Shown here: positions 26,171 through 48,674 of the stretch, piece after piece | Layout: every line of letters begins with the position of its first letter | Position numbering within the stretch: position 1 is the stretch's first letter | Assembly: GCF_009914755.1 (NCBI RefSeq) | Contig: NC_060928.1 | DNA length: 64,000 nt | Reading direction: 5' to 3' (one strand) | Source of the DNA: the human T2T-CHM13v2.0 reference genome, Homo sapiens | The notes under the pieces: generated by a model | The model's input: the letters and a program-made list of their open reading frames with translations, nothing else | Databases searched by the model: none | What the model was told of the DNA's origin: nothing | Program-made: the position numbers and the translations under genes

Positions 26171-27479
26171 GTAGATCACACTCTTTCTTGATATGAAATG
26201 ACACTTTTATCAAATACTGAGGGCATACATATTTTTTGCCTTACACTTCATTTCATATCTGAGGCTGTACTTAAAGAATATGTGCTAGGGAAGGAAAAAA
26301 GGAAGCAGAGGCAGTGTAGTTCCAAACAATGAGGGGACTCCCAGTAAAAACCTAGCTGGAAAATTGCCTTAAAGAGGAAGCCAGGCCTTCACAAGGAGGC
26401 AATGTGTTAATTACATTTCCGATGTGTAAAGCTTAAAATAAATATATTTTACAACTGGAAATTTTTGCCATAAAGATTTTAATAAATTACAGCAACCGTA
26501 ACAGATTAAGATTTTTGGAAAAATCCCAACATTTAACATGAACTTGAAGAATAAACCGTCACTTCCTGTTTCAATTGAGGAACATATACTGCTTTTCTGT
26601 GAAAACAGACAAGAAATTTAATTAAAAAAAAAAAACTTTGTTGAGAAAAATAAGGGAGGAGAAATTTCCTTTAAAAATATACACAGAACTTTAATTAAAA
26701 CAGTGCTGTAATTGATGTACAAATCATTTTAAAACTTTTAGATAGTTGATGAATTTTTAAAAAGCCTCACCTTTCCATAGTTATGTATCATAAGGTTCAA
26801 CAGTGACTTTTGAGTAAGGCCATGATTTGTCATGATGATGGGGACAAGTGCAACACAACCATTTTCGCAACTTGAACAATGAAGATTATTTTCATTAATT
26901 AATGAAATTAATTTTTATTTCCAAAGCTTTTTCTTCTCTAAGAAAGTTTCTTGTCTGAGAAGCTCTAAGAAACAGTTTCTTATCTTCAATATAGACTGTT
27001 TTTCAATAACCTAATGGATAGTGGAAATAATCTAGTTTAGTCATTCCTTGAAAAATTAATCTTTTCCAAGCAGATGCAGAGATGGTACAAAGACAAATAA
27101 GACAAAATCTCCTCTCTCAAGGAGCTGACAATCTTCAACCTCAAGAGAAGAAATTTAAAAGCATACATACTTTCAAAATTCAGTGACAGAAAGAAACCCA
27201 GATTGTAATGATGTTTTGATAGGCTTTAACAGGTACAAAGAGAAATAATTTTTTTTTTAATGTGAAGAATCATTTTCAAAAAAATGAAATGGGCAGTAAT
27301 AATTTTCCCACCCCCAAAGTTACTGCCTTTTAAAATTGGTTATTGTATATAAAACATAAAGAAATCCAGTGAAATGTAACAGTGATTGCTGTTTTTCAAA
27401 ATATGGCACTTAATCAATTTTGATTTTTTAAACTTTGTTGATTTTCTTATTGCATATTTGATTTCTGTTTTCAAAAATT

Positions 27480-30400
27480 ACATTTTATTGTGTATATTTG
27501 AGGTTTACCAACATGATGTTGGGAAGCATACGGATAGTAAAATAGTTACTATGGTTAACAAACCTACACAGTGACTTTTTTGGTGATAAGAGCAGCTAAA
27601 ATCTACTTATTTAACAAAAATTCCAAATATAATAAAATTTTATTAACTATGGTCCTCATGTTGTTCATTAGATCTCTAGACCCATTCATCATACATATCT
27701 ACTACTTTGTATTCTTTGACCTACATCTTCCCGTTCCCTCTGCCCTGCCCTTCCTGTCCCTGGCAACTACTGTTTTATTCTCTTTGTATTTTGACCTTAC
27801 TTTTTTCCTTTTTAGATTCTATATATAAGTGAGATCGTGAGATTATGCAAATTTTTCCATCTGTGTCTGGCTTATTTCACTTAGCATAAGGTCCTCCAGG
27901 TACTTCCATGTGGATAAAAGTGTCAGGATATACTTTTTTCAGGCTGAATAATATTCATACACACACAAGTATACATATAACATTTTTTCTGTCCATTCAT
28001 GTATTGATGGACAATTAGGAATTAGATTGTTTCTATATCTTGGCTATAATGAATAATTCTGCCTTGAACGTGGGAGTACAGATATCTTTATGGAGTGGTG
28101 ATTTCATCTTATTTGGTTATATACCCAGAAGGGGAATTGCTGGGTCATATGGTAATTCTATTTTTAATTTCTTTAAGAATCCCCATTCTGCTTTTCATAA
28201 TGGCAGTACTAATCTGTATTCCTATCAACAGTGTAGTAGGCTTTCCTTTTCTTGACACCCTTACCAACATTTGCCATCTCTTGTCTTTTTGGTAATAGGC
28301 GTCCTTATGAGTGTAAGGTAATATCTCATAGCGGTTTTAATTTGCATTTCCCTGATGATTAGTGACAGTGAGCAACTTTTCATATACCTGTTGGCCATTT
28401 TTATGTCTTATTTGGAGAAATGTCTATTCAGGTCTCTGACCCATTTTTTTAATTGGGTTGTTTTTCAGCTATTAATTATAAGAGTTCTTTATAATATTAA
28501 TCTGTTATCAAACATATAGTTGACAAACATTTTTTCTCAATCCATAGGTTTCCTTTTCAGTTTGTTGATTTGTTTCCTTCACTTTGTTTAATACAATTCC
28601 ATTTATTTATTTTTGCTTTTGTAGCCCGGGATTTTGGTGTGACGCACAAAAACTCATTGCCAAGGCCAATGACAAGGAGATTTCCCCCTGTTTTCTTCTA
28701 AAAGTGTTATGGTTTCAGGTCTTACATTTAGGTGTTTTATCCATTTTGAGTTGATTTTTGTGTATGGTGTAAGATAAGGGTCCAATTTCATTTTGTGTGT
28801 GTGTGTGTGTGGAAACCCAGTTTTCCCAGCGCCATTAATTGAAGAGACTATTCTTTCCCCATTGTGTTCTCTTGGTGCCCTTATCAAAAATTAGCTGACT
28901 TCATATGTTTGGATTTATTTCTGGGTTCCATATGCTGATCTATGTGTTTCTGTTTCCATGCTAGTACCACACTGTTTTGAATATTATAACTCTGTAATAT
29001 AAATTTAAATCAGGAAATATCTAGCTTCCAATTTTTTTTTGTCTCAGTATTGATTTGGCTATTCAGGATTCTTTGAGGTTCTATACAAATTTTAGAATTT
29101 TATTTTTTCTATGAAGAAGGCCGTTGGAATTTTGATAGGGAATGCGTTAAATCTGTATATTGCATTGGGTAGTACAGACATTTTAATAATGCTAATTCTT
29201 TTCATCCATGAACATGACATATCCTTCCATTTATTTGTGTGTTTTTCAATTTCTTTCATCAATATTTTATGGTTTTTAGTGTACAAATCTTTCACTTCCT
29301 TGGTTAAATTTATTCCTATGTATTTTTTTTTGATGCTATTGCTTACAGTATTTTTAAAAATTTCTTTTTCAGCTAGGTCATTATTTATTTGTAGAAATGC
29401 TATTTGATTTTTTTATGTTGATTTTGTAACTTGCAACTTTACTGAATTCATTTATTCATTTATTCATTTATTAGATTTTTGGGGACTCTTTGCAGTTTTC
29501 TACACTTAGGAATAGAAGTTGTGAGAGTGGACATCGCTATCTTGTACTAGATCATAGTGGAAAACTTTCAGTTGTTTCTCATTAATTATGATGTTAATGA
29601 CATTTATTATGTTGAGAAATTTTCCTTCCCTATCTAAACCATTAAGAGTTTTTTTAATCAAGAAATGATGCATAGCTTTGTCAAATGCTTTTCCTGCATC
29701 ACTTGCCATGATATTGTGGTTTCAATCTTTCAGTCCGTTAATGTGACCTATCACTGTGATTAATTTGTTTATGTTAAACCAACCTTCATGCCAGGAATCA
29801 ATCCCACTTGATCATGATGTATAATCTTTTTGATGTGTTGTTAAATTTGATTTGCTAATATTTTATTAAGGATTTTTGTATCAATGTTCATCAGAGATAC
29901 TGGCTTATATGTTTTGTTTCTTATGGTGTTTTTATCTGGCTTAGGTATCATAATGATGCTGGCCTTTTAAAATGTGTGTTTGGAAGTATTCCCTCTACCT
30001 TTATTTTTTGGAAGAGTTTAAGAAGTATCACTAATAATTCTTTAAATTTTTGGTAGAATTGATCCGTGAAGCCATCTGGCCCCAGGCTTTTCTTTGTTGG
30101 AAAGTTTTTAATTTCTTCTTCAATCTATTTGTTCTTGGTCTGTCCAAGCCTTCTATTTTTTCCTCATTCAATCTTGGTAGGCTATATTTGTCTGGGAATT
30201 CATTTATTTCCTCTAGGTAATCCAATTTGTTGCCATATAATTGCTCATAATAGTCACTTATGATTCTTTTTATTTCTGAGGCATATTTAATAATGCCTCC
30301 ACTTGCATTTATGATTTTACCTATTTGAGTCTTCTCTCTCTCTCTCTTTTTCTTTCAATCTAGCTAGAGGTTTGTCAGTTTTGTTAACTTTTTCAAAGAA

Positions 30401-32075
30401 CCAATTTTGTTTTTTTGCTTTTTCCTATGGTTTTTCTTCTTCTTTTTGTTATTTCTTCTACAAAAAAAATGGGATACATGTGCAGAACATGCAGGTTTGT
30501 TACATGGGTATACGTGTGTCATGGTGGTTTGCTGTACCTATTGACCTGTCCTCTAAGTTCCCTCCCCTCATCCCCCACCCTGAAACAGGCCCTGGTGTGT
30601 GATGTTCCCCTCTCTGTCTCCAAGTGTTCTCCATGTTCAACTCCCACTTATGAGTGAGAACATGTGGTATTTGGTTTTCTGTTCCTGTGTTAGTTTGCTG
30701 AGGATGATGGCTTCCAGCTTCATCTATGTCCCTGTAAAGACATGATCTCTCTTTCCTTTTTTATGGCTGCATAGTATTCCATGGTGTATATGTGCCACAG
30801 TTTCTTTACCCAGTCTATCATTGATGGGCATTTGGGCTGGTTTCATTTCTTTGCTGTTTTAAATAGTGCTGCAATAAACATACGTGTGCATGTGTCTTTA
30901 TAGTAGAATGATTTATAGTCCTTTGGGTATATACTCAGTAATGGGACTGCTGGGTCAAATGGTATTTCTGGTTCTAGATCCTTAAGGAATTGCCACACTG
31001 TCTTCCACAAAGGTTGAACTAATTTACATTCCCACCAGCAGAGTAAAAGCATTCCTATTTCTCCACAGCCTTGCCAACATCTATTGTCTCCCCATTGCTT
31101 CTTTCTGTCAGGTTTGTTGAAGATCAGATGGTTTATTTGATATATATATCTGCTCTTACCTTATTTTTTGTCTTTTACTAACTTTCAGTTAAGTTTGTCT
31201 CTTGTTTGCTTGTTCCTTGAGGATAAAGTTAGGAAATTTATTTGGGATCTTTCTTCTTTAATGTGGGTATTTATTGCTATCAACTTTCCTCTTATAACTT
31301 AATTTGCTGCATCTCGTAGGTTTTGTTATGTTGTATTTCTATTGTTGGTTTCAAGATATTTTTCTTTTTTAAAAAAATTCTTCTTTAACTCATTGATTGT
31401 TCCAGAGCATGTTGTTTAATTTCTGCCTGAGGGGAGAGTGCAGCAGCAACTAAGAGGGGTAGGGCACAGCAACTTGCCCCCACAGGATAAGGTGTAGAAG
31501 CAGCTTGTTTCAGGAATGGCGGGCCACCAGGTGGGGGTGATATAGCAGTGACAAAGCCTCAGGGATGGATATTCACCCCTGAAGCAGGAATACTCCAGCA
31601 GTAGTTCTAGTTCAATAAGGGCATAGCACAGTAGCCACACAGACCACGGGGAGTGGGACACAGTGTTGGCAACTTCTCGAGGGGCAGTGCATCTGTGTGG
31701 ACTCCAGGCAGCTCCCTCATCTGGGCTCAGCTCCTGAGACACTGCAGGAGTCCCCAGTGCTGAGGGATTATAGGTGCCCAAGGTAGCGATGGGGTCTGCT
31801 AAGTTCCTTTAGTTTACCTTTTCTCTGCAGGAGGAAGTACCTCGTTATTTGCAGCTGACTGGGGAGTGGGGTGGCAGAGGTTATGTGTTTCTTTCTCTTT
31901 TCTATGTGGCCATCCTGGGTTTCTAGGCTCTACAAAATTTCTGCTGCTCCTTTGATGTATTCAAGTGGTCTCCTTTAGTTATTTTCATCAAAATATAGTT
32001 GCTTATTTGTTGTTTTTGCTGTCTTTGTGGGATAAATGAGTGCAAGAGGTCTCTGCTTGGCCATCTTGCTCTAGC
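27480..32075 (-). mobile_element. L1MA5-like element, internally deleted, interrupted by an L1PA8-like insertion
   Basis: 3'UTR at 27480; ORF2 remnants (ORF 29092-29295 MKDLYTKNHK..KWKDMSCSW; 30031-30225); ORF2 stops at ~31420 and jumps to GC-rich 5'UTR ending gccatcttg at ~32068. Confidence 0.85.
30432..31130 (-). mobile_element. L1PA8-like 3' fragment nested in the L1MA
   Basis: atttcttctacaaaaaaaatgggatacatgtgcagaac...gacctgtcctctaagttccctcccc; ORF 30843-31052 CWWECKLVQPLWK; possible TSD atggttt. Confidence 0.88.
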
Positions 32076-32596
32076 CGGTTTTGATTTGTATTCTGTTTCT
32101 CTATTCCTTCATTTTAAACACACACACACACACACAGACACACAGACAACACTTTTTAATATCATACAAGATAACACAAACTTTTGGGGAAATAAAATAA
32201 ACAATAATATATTATATAAAACACTTAACTCCAAGTGCCAACAGCTTGTAAGAAATGTAGGTCAATGTACTTTTATCTGAATATCAGCAGTTGAATGATA
32301 CTAAATGTCATTGTAGACTGAAAATTCCTTAGGAATGTATTGTTATAGTGACAATATTTACAAAGAAAAAATTGGAGTATTTTGTTGGTCTTATATGGTC
32401 TGAAATCTGAGGTAAAATACATGAAATTAGTATTTCACTAGGAAATCATTTATCTAATCATCCTGTTGCTTATAGTACACACTTGGCTCAGTAGTTATAC
32501 TTGAAGGTATGTGTGTGGGTATGGATTTTTAAATTTTTTTTTTTAGTTTTTAATTTAGAAGTGCTCATGCATATTGACACACTTAGAATGTTATAA

Positions 32597-40549
<7,953 letters not shown>

Positions 40550-41089
40550 AATGTTATAAACCATTGATTGTAGTTTTTAGATGGATTCACAACTGCTTTC
40601 TGTCCCATCCTTAATAACTCTAGTTACAAGTGGGTCATAGGTGCTTGCATAGTTTCAGAAAATAGGAGACAGTTGAGTTTATGTTGATTACAGCCACAAC
40701 AAACAGCTCCTGGAGCATATCCTGTTTGCAATAAGGGATCCTTCCTGGGCTAAATTCTTGTGATGTCAAGCAGATCATGGTATACTGACAGAAGTAAGGT
40801 AAGCACTTGAGTGATGTAATTATATACCTTATGGGCAGTGTCTGCATGTATATTATGAAAACACACAGTGAAATAAATACTACTCTATCTGAGCCACTCT
40901 TATTTAGGCTATGTAGTTTTCCCCTCTAATTTTCACAGTTTACCTTTGCTTTTGGCATCTAATGTTCTGTGCTTTTTCTGCTTTTATTTCATGTTGGTCC
41001 AACAATCCCAGGAATCTTGAGTAGTTCCCAAATTTTGGGGGCACTATGACCTATTTCTTCTGTTTAAATAAACTTTATGGAGGCTTAAT

Positions 41090-41408
41090 TTAGATTGTGT
41101 GAATAAAATTTACTATACCACACTTTCTCAACTGAATTTTGCTACTTTTGTAGAAAATAATCTGTTCATTTGTATGTAGATCTTTTCCAGAAAATTATCC
41201 TGTTTCATGGATACATTTGCCTAACATTATCTCAATACCACATAACATTGATTACGCTTCCTTTATAATATACCTTGCAGTCAGGTTGTATTAATTATCT
41301 AATATTATTATTATTTTGCAAAGTTGTTTTGCTCTTCTAGGTTCTTTGAATTTCCATATAAATTTTAGGATTAGCTTGCCATTTTTTACTTAAAAATTTA
41401 GCTGATAT
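41090..41408 (-). mobile_element. Old L1M fragment (continues at ~48410-48640 after the L1MA2 insertion)
   Basis: ctaggttctttgaatttccatataaattttaggattagcttg continues colinearly as gctgatattttgagtttgag...tttggggagaatt. Confidence 0.7.
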
Positions 41409-43981
41409 ATGTGTCATATATGAACATATATATAATTTTTAATTTTTTGTGAGTACATAGTAGGGTGTGTATATTTTGGGGTTACATGAGATATTTTGAT
41501 ACAGGCATGCAATACACAGTAATCACATCGGGCAAATGGGGTATCCATTCCCTCAAGCATTTATCCTCTATGTTAAAAAAATACAATTATACTCTCTTAG
41601 TTATTTTAAAATAACTTTTGACTATAGTCACCCTGTTGTGCTAGCAAACATCGGGTCTTATTCATTCCCTCTGACTTATTTTGTACCCACTAACCATCAC
41701 TCTGTTCCCACCAACCCCACTGACTACCCTTCCTATTCTCTGATATCCCTTCTTCTACTCCATCTCCATGAGTTCAATTGTTTTAATTTTTAGTTTTCAC
41801 AAATAAGTGAGAACACGTGAAGTTTGACTTTCCCTGTCTGACTTATTTTAAATAACATAATGACCTCCAGTTCCATCCATATTATTGCAATGACAGGATG
41901 ACAGGATCTCATTCTTTTTTATGGCTGAATAGTATTCCATTGTGTATATGTACCACATTTCCCTTATCCATGCATCTGTTGATGGACACTTAGGTTGCAT
42001 TCAAATCTTGGCTATTGTGGATAGTGCTGCAATAAACATGGGCATGCAGATAACACTAACACTGATTTTCTTCCTTTTGGTTATATACCTAGCTGTGGGA
42101 TTGCTGGGTCATAGGGTAGTGCTAGTTTTAGTTTTTTGAGGAATCTGCAAACTTTTCTTCATAGTGGCTGTACTAATTTACATTCCCACCAACAGTGTTC
42201 TCCATTGTGTTTGTACTAATTTACGTTCCCACCAAGAGGAGTTCCTTTTCTTCACATCCTTGCCAGCATTTGTTATTGCCTATCCTTTGGATAAAAATCA
42301 TTTTAACTGAGGTTAGATGATATCTCGTTGTGGTTTTGATTTGCATTTATATGATGATCAACGATGTTGAGCACATTTTCTTAAGCTTGTTTGACATTTG
42401 TATGTCTTCTTTTGACAAATATCTATTCACATCTTTTTCCCATTTTTAAAACAGATTATCTGACTTTTTTCCTAGGGAGTTGTTTGAGCTCCATATATAT
42501 CCTGGTTACTAATCGCTTGTCAGATGGGTAGTTCACAAATATTTTCTCCCATTCTGTGCATTCTCTTCACTTTGTTGATTTGTTTTTTTCTGTGCAGAAG
42601 CATTTTAACTAGATGTTATTCCATTTGTTCATATTTGCTTTGGTTGTCCATGCTTCTGGGTATTACTCAAGAAATCTTTGCCCAAACCCATGTCCTGAAG
42701 AGTTTCTCCAATGTTTTCTTAAGTAGTTTAATAGTTTGAGGTCTTAGTTTACATCTGTATTTTGATTTGATTTGTGTATATGGTAAGAGATAGGAGTGTA
42801 GTTTCTTTCTTCTGCATATAGGTATCCAATTTTCCCAGCACCATTTAATGAAGAGACTGTTCTTTCCCCAATGTATGTTCTTGGAACCCTTATCAAAAAG
42901 GAGTTCACTGTAGATGTCTGAGTTTATTTTGGGATTCTTTATTCTATGGTCTATTTGTCTGTTTTTATGCCAGTACCATTCGATTTTGGTTACTACACCA
43001 CTGTAGTATAATTTACAGTCAGATAATGTGATTCTTCCATATAAGTCCTAGAGCTGTATTTTCTATTTCTGTAAAGAATGTTGTTGGTATTTTGAAAGTG
43101 ATTGTATTGAATCTGTAGACTGCTTTGGGTAGCATGAACATTTTAACAATATTGATTCTTCTAATCCGTGAACATGGAACACTTTCTATTTTTTGTGTCA
43201 TTTCAATCTTTTGCAACAATGTTTTATAGTTTTCATTGTAAATAACTTTCACTTATTTGGTTAATTCCTAGGTACTTTATTTTATTTGTAGCTATTATAA
43301 ATTGGATTACTTTGTAGCTTTTTTTTTGATTGTGCTGTAAGCATATAGAAATGCTACTAATTTTTGTATGTTAATATTGTATCCTGGAACTTTAATGAAT
43401 TTGTTTTTTAGTTCTAATCATTTTTGGTTGAGTCTTTAGTTTTCTTCAAATATAAGATTATAACATCTAAAAAAGGGATAATTTGACTTCTTTCTTTCTA
43501 ATTTGGACGCTCTTCATTTCTTTCTCATCACTGATACTCCATCTGGGACTTGCAGTACTATGTCGAATAACAGTGGTAAAAGCGGGCATCCTTGTTATGT
43601 TCCAGTTCTCAGATAAAAGGCTTTCAGCTTTTCCCCATTTAGTATGATGCTAGCTGTGAGTCTTTAATATGGCTTTTATTGAATTGAGATATGTTCCTTC
43701 TATGTTCAGTTTTTTGAGGGTTTTATCACGAGGGATGTTGAATTTTATCAAATGCTTTCCCAGTATCATTTGAAATGGTCATATAGTATTTGTCTTTCAT
43801 TCTGTTGACATGATGTATCATTTCGATTGATTTGTGTATGTTAAACTATCATTGTATCTCTGGAAAAAACCCACTTGGCCATCATGAATGATCTTTTAAA
43901 TGCATTGTTGAATTCAGTTTGCTAGTATTTTGTTGAGGATATCCTGCATCAATATTCAACAAAGATATTGGCCTGTAGTTT

Positions 43982-44028
43982 TCTCTCTCTCTCTCTCTGT
44001 GTGTGTGTGTGAGTGTGTGTGTGTGTGT
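43982..44028. repeat. (TC)n(TG)n compound microsatellite
   Basis: Direct reading. Confidence 0.9.
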
Positions 44029-46572
44029 TTGGTTTTGGTATCAGAGTAATACTGGCCTCATAGAATGAGTTTGGAAGTATTCCCTCCTGCTCAACTTTTC
44101 AGAGTAATTAAAGTAGGATTGGTATTATTTCTTTAAATGTTGGAATTAAACAGGGAGGCCTTTGAGTTTTGGGCTTTTCTTTGCTGGGAAACTTTATTAT
44201 GGCTTTGATCTCATTGTTTGTTATTGGTCTGTTCAGGTTTTGGATTTCTTCATTGTTCAAACTTGTTAGATTTTATGTACCTAGAAATTTATTTATTTAT
44301 TTTTAAGATTTTTCTAATTTATTGGCATGTAGTTGCTCATAATAGCCACTAATGATTCTTTAAATTTCTGCAGCATCAGTTGTAATATCTCCTTTTTTAA
44401 TCTCTTATTTTATTCATTTGGGTCTTCCATCTTTTTTTCTTAGTATGGTTAAAGATTCGTTAATTTCATTTATGTATTCAAAAACCCAACTTTTTGTTCC
44501 ATTAATTTTTTGTATTTTTTCATTTAAAATTTATTTCCACTCTGATCTTTATTATTTCTGTTCTGCTAGTTTGGGGTTTGATTTGCTCCTGTTTTTGTAG
44601 TTCTTTAAGATGTATTGTTAGGTTATTTATTTGAAGTTTTTCTTGTTTTTTGCTGTAGGCACTCATAGCTATAAACTTCCCTCTTAGTATTACTTTTTCT
44701 GTATCCCATTAGTTTTGTTACATTGTGTTTCCATTGTCATTTGTTTCAAGACATTTTTAAATTTCCTCCTTAATCTCTTCATTGACCCACTGGTTATTCA
44801 GGAGCATATCATTTAATTTCTGTGTGTTTGTACAGTTCCCAAAATTGCTCATTTGTTTTTGTTTCTAGGGTTTGTTTCCACTGTTGTCAGAGAAGATGAT
44901 GAATATCACTTCAAGATTTTTTAATGTTTTAAGACTTGTTTTGTGACTTAACATATGGTCTATTGTTGAGTATAATCCACGTGTTGAGGAAAAGAATGTA
45001 TATTCTGTAGCCATTGGATGAAATGCTCTGTAAATATCTATTAGGTCTATTTGGTTTATAGTGCAGATTAAGTCAGATGTTTCTTTATTGATTTACTGTC
45101 TGGAAGATTATTCCAGTGCTCAAAGTAGAGTGTTGAAGTATCCACCTATTATTTTATTGTGATCGGTCTCTCTCATTAGCTCTATTAATATTTGCTTCCT
45201 ATATCTGCGTGCTACAGTGGTGGGTGCACATGTATCTACAATTGTTATATCCCGTTGCTGAATTGACTCCTTTATCATTATATAGTGATTTTTGGCTCTT
45301 AGAGTTTTTGTCTTGAAACATACATATATATCAAATATATATATATATAAACATCAAATATATATATATATAAACTAATAGAAGAGAAATAATAAAGATC
45401 AGAGTGGAAATAAATTTTAAATGAAAAAAATACAAAAAATTAATGGCAGAAAAAGTTGTTTTTTTGAATAAATAAACACAATTAACGAATCATTAGACAG
45501 ACTAAGAAAAAAAGAAAGAAGACCCAAATCAAAAAAAAAGTGGATTTCTCTCTATATATATATTTCATATATATTTATACATATATATGTATGTATAGCT
45601 ACTCCTCTTTTTTGGTTTTCATTGATGTGGAATATCTTTTTCCATCCTTTTGTTTTCAGTCTATTTGTATCTTTATAGTTTGTGTTTGTTGCAGACAACA
45701 AATCATTGGGTCGTACTTTTCTATCCATTCATCCACTCTATGTCTTTTGATTGGAGAGTTTAGTCTATTTACATTCAATGTTATTATGGATAAGTAAGGT
45801 ATTACTCTTATAATTTTCTTGTTCATTTTCTGATGGTGTTACGGTCTCTTCTTCTTTCTTTCTTTCCTTCCTGTCTTCCTTTTACTGAAGGTAATTTTCC
45901 CAGTGGTATAATTTAATTTCTTGCTTTTTATTTTTTGTGTATCTGCTATATGTTTTTTTGATTCAAGGTTACCATGAGGCTTGCAAATACTATCTTATTT
46001 CCTATTATTTTAAGCTGATAACAGCTTTATAGTACTTGTGTAAATGATTTATCAAAGATGCAAGAAGTAAACTAAGAAAAACTCTACACTTTAATTTCAT
46101 CACCTGATTTAAAAAATTTTATTGTTTCAGTGATCTTTGTACTGTTTCTGTCTTAAAAAGTTTTTGTAGTTATTATTTTTTATTAGTTCATCTTTTAGTC
46201 TTTCTACTTAAGAGTGGTTTACACGCCACAGTTACAGTGTTATGATAGTCTAAGTTTTTCCCTATACTTACTATTGCCAGTGAGTTTTATACCTTAGGGT
46301 GATGTTTTTCTTCCTAATTAACATCTTTTTCTTTCTGATTGCAGTAGTCTCTTTAGCATTTCTTGTAGGACAGGTCTGGTGTTGATGAAATCCCTCAGCT
46401 TGTGTTTGTCTGGGAATGTCTTTATTTCTCCTTCATGTTTTAAGGATATTTTCACTGGATATACTATTCTAGAGTAAAATTTCTTTTCTTTAGCACTTTA
46501 AATATGTCATGCCACTCTTGCCTGGCCTGTAAGGTTTCTGCTGAAAAGTCTGCTGTCTGCGGCATTGTATAT

Positions 46573-46573
<1 letters not shown>

Positions 46574-46613
<40 letters not shown>
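46574..46613. repeat. (GT)~20 microsatellite
   Basis: Direct reading. Confidence 0.95.
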
Positions 46614-46615
<2 letters not shown>

Positions 46616-48674
46616 CCTCTTTTAGGATCTTTTCTTTATCCTTGGCCTTTGGGAGTTTGATTAAATGCCTTGAAGTAGTCATCTTTGGGTTAAATCCACT
46701 TGGTAGTGTGTAACCTTCTTATTGGTATCTTTCTCTATATTTTGGAAATTCTCTGTTATTTTCCCTTTTCACAAAATTTCTACTTCTATTTCTTTTTCTA
46801 TCTTCTCCTTAATGCCCATAACTCTTATATTTGCCCTTTTGAAGCTATTTCCTAGATCTTGTAGGCATGTTTCATTCTTTTCTATTTTTTTTTCTTTTGT
46901 CTCCTCTCTGTATTTTCAAATGGCCTGTCACTAATCTTTTCTTCTCCTTGATAAATTGTGCTATTTAGAGATTCTGGTGCATTCTTCAGTATATCAGTTG
47001 CATTTTTTAACTCCAGAATTTGTTTGATTATTTTCAATTATTTCAATCTCTTTGTTAAATTTATCTGGTAGAATTCTGTATGACTTCTCTGTGTTGTCTT
47101 GAATTTCTTTGAGTTTCCTCAAAATGGCTATTTTGAATTCTCTGAAAGGTCACATATCTCTCTTTCTCCTAGTTACTGCCTATGTTTGTGCAAGGTCCCA
47201 GGACGCTAGAGTCAGCAGGTGATGAAGCCAGCCATCCTCGTTTCCTTCCTTTCAGGGTGCTGAGTTCCCCAAGACCCCAGAGAGGTACAGAGATGCTTTC
47301 TGGGAGCTAAGGACTGGATTCAAATGCTTAGAAATCTACCTGATGTTTTATTCTACTGCAGCTGAGCTGGCACTCAAATCACATGCCACGGTCCTTCCCA
47401 CTCTTCCCTCCACTTGCCACAGGCCAAGGAGCTTCACCCCATTGCCACCACCACCATAGACCCACATGGAGTACTGCCAGGCTACTACTCACATTCCGTT
47501 AAGGCCCAAGGAAGGGGCTCTTCAGTTAACTTGTATTAAATGTTGCCAGGCCTGGGACTCACCCTTTAGGGCAGTCGGCTCCCCTCTGGCTTAGGACAGG
47601 TCCAGAAATTCAGTCTAAGAGCCAAGGCCTGTAATCAGGAACCCCTAAGAACCCACTTGGTGCGCTATCCTACTATGGCTGAGCTGGTACCTAAGGTCCA
47701 AGACGAAGTCCCCTCCTTTACTTTTCCCTCTGCTTTCCTCAAGCTTTAGCAGTCACTTCTCATAGCCAGCATAGCTGGGAATGTGCTGGTTGTTATCTCA
47801 AGCCCGCACATCTGAGTCTCAAAAGCCCACAACATGCTATATGGGTATGGCTGCTTGTTCTTCCCTGAGGAACAAGAGCACTTAGAACTTGCCTAGGAAT
47901 TGCAGTCTTTGGGTCCTGGACGGCCCACTAAGTTCACTTAGGGCCCCAGAGCACTCCAGCTTGTGTTTATGTCACTTACTGGAATTCAAGCTCTGACTGC
48001 TGGGATGGCAATTCCCCTCTGGCGAGGGCCTGCCCGGAATGTTTGCTCCACGTGCAGGCATAAGCTGAGTACAGCCCCGTTCTGCTTTCCACTGTGACAG
48101 GGCAGCACTGAGTTCAATGGAAAGGCTCACAATCGCTACCCCATCCCTCTCCCAAGTGCATAGAAGTGGTTGTTGCTGGGGAATAGAGGAGGTGTGGCAT
48201 CAGGAATTCAAGACTGTCTTTCCCACCCTCTTTAGTGCCTCTTTCAGTGATAGGAATTCAAAACCAAGCGCTGTGAGTGCTCACTCGATTTTTGGTTCCT
48301 ATGAAGGTGTTCCCTTTGTGTAGATAGTTGTTAAACTTGGTATTCCCACATGGGGAAACAATTGGTAGAGCCATCTATTTGGCCTTCTTGCTCCACCTCT
48401 TTCCTCTAGCTGATATTTTGAGTTTGAGTTAATATTATATGTCAGTTTGGGGAGAATTAAAATCTAAATAATACTTAGTCTTCTGACCTAAGATCATAGA
48501 TTCTCTCTTTATTTATTAAAATAATCTTTAGTTTCTCTCAATAATAGTTCATAGTTTTCAATATCAAGTTATGTACAACTTTTGACTGGTTTATCTTCTC
48601 ATATTTCATATGTTTATGCTTTTAAAATTGTATTTCTAGAAATTTCATGAGTCATTTATGCTGCATATCAGTCT

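Larger units (their letters stand above)
41409..48406 (-). mobile_element. Near-full-length inactivated L1MA2-like element (~7 kb)
   Basis: 3'UTR gagtacatagtagg...acatgagatattttgatacaggcatgcaat; ORF2 remnants; ORF1 remnant (TADFSAETLQARQEWHDIFKVLK, 46464-46682); 5'UTR; TSD tagctgatat at 41399-41408 and 48407-48416. Confidence 0.92.
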
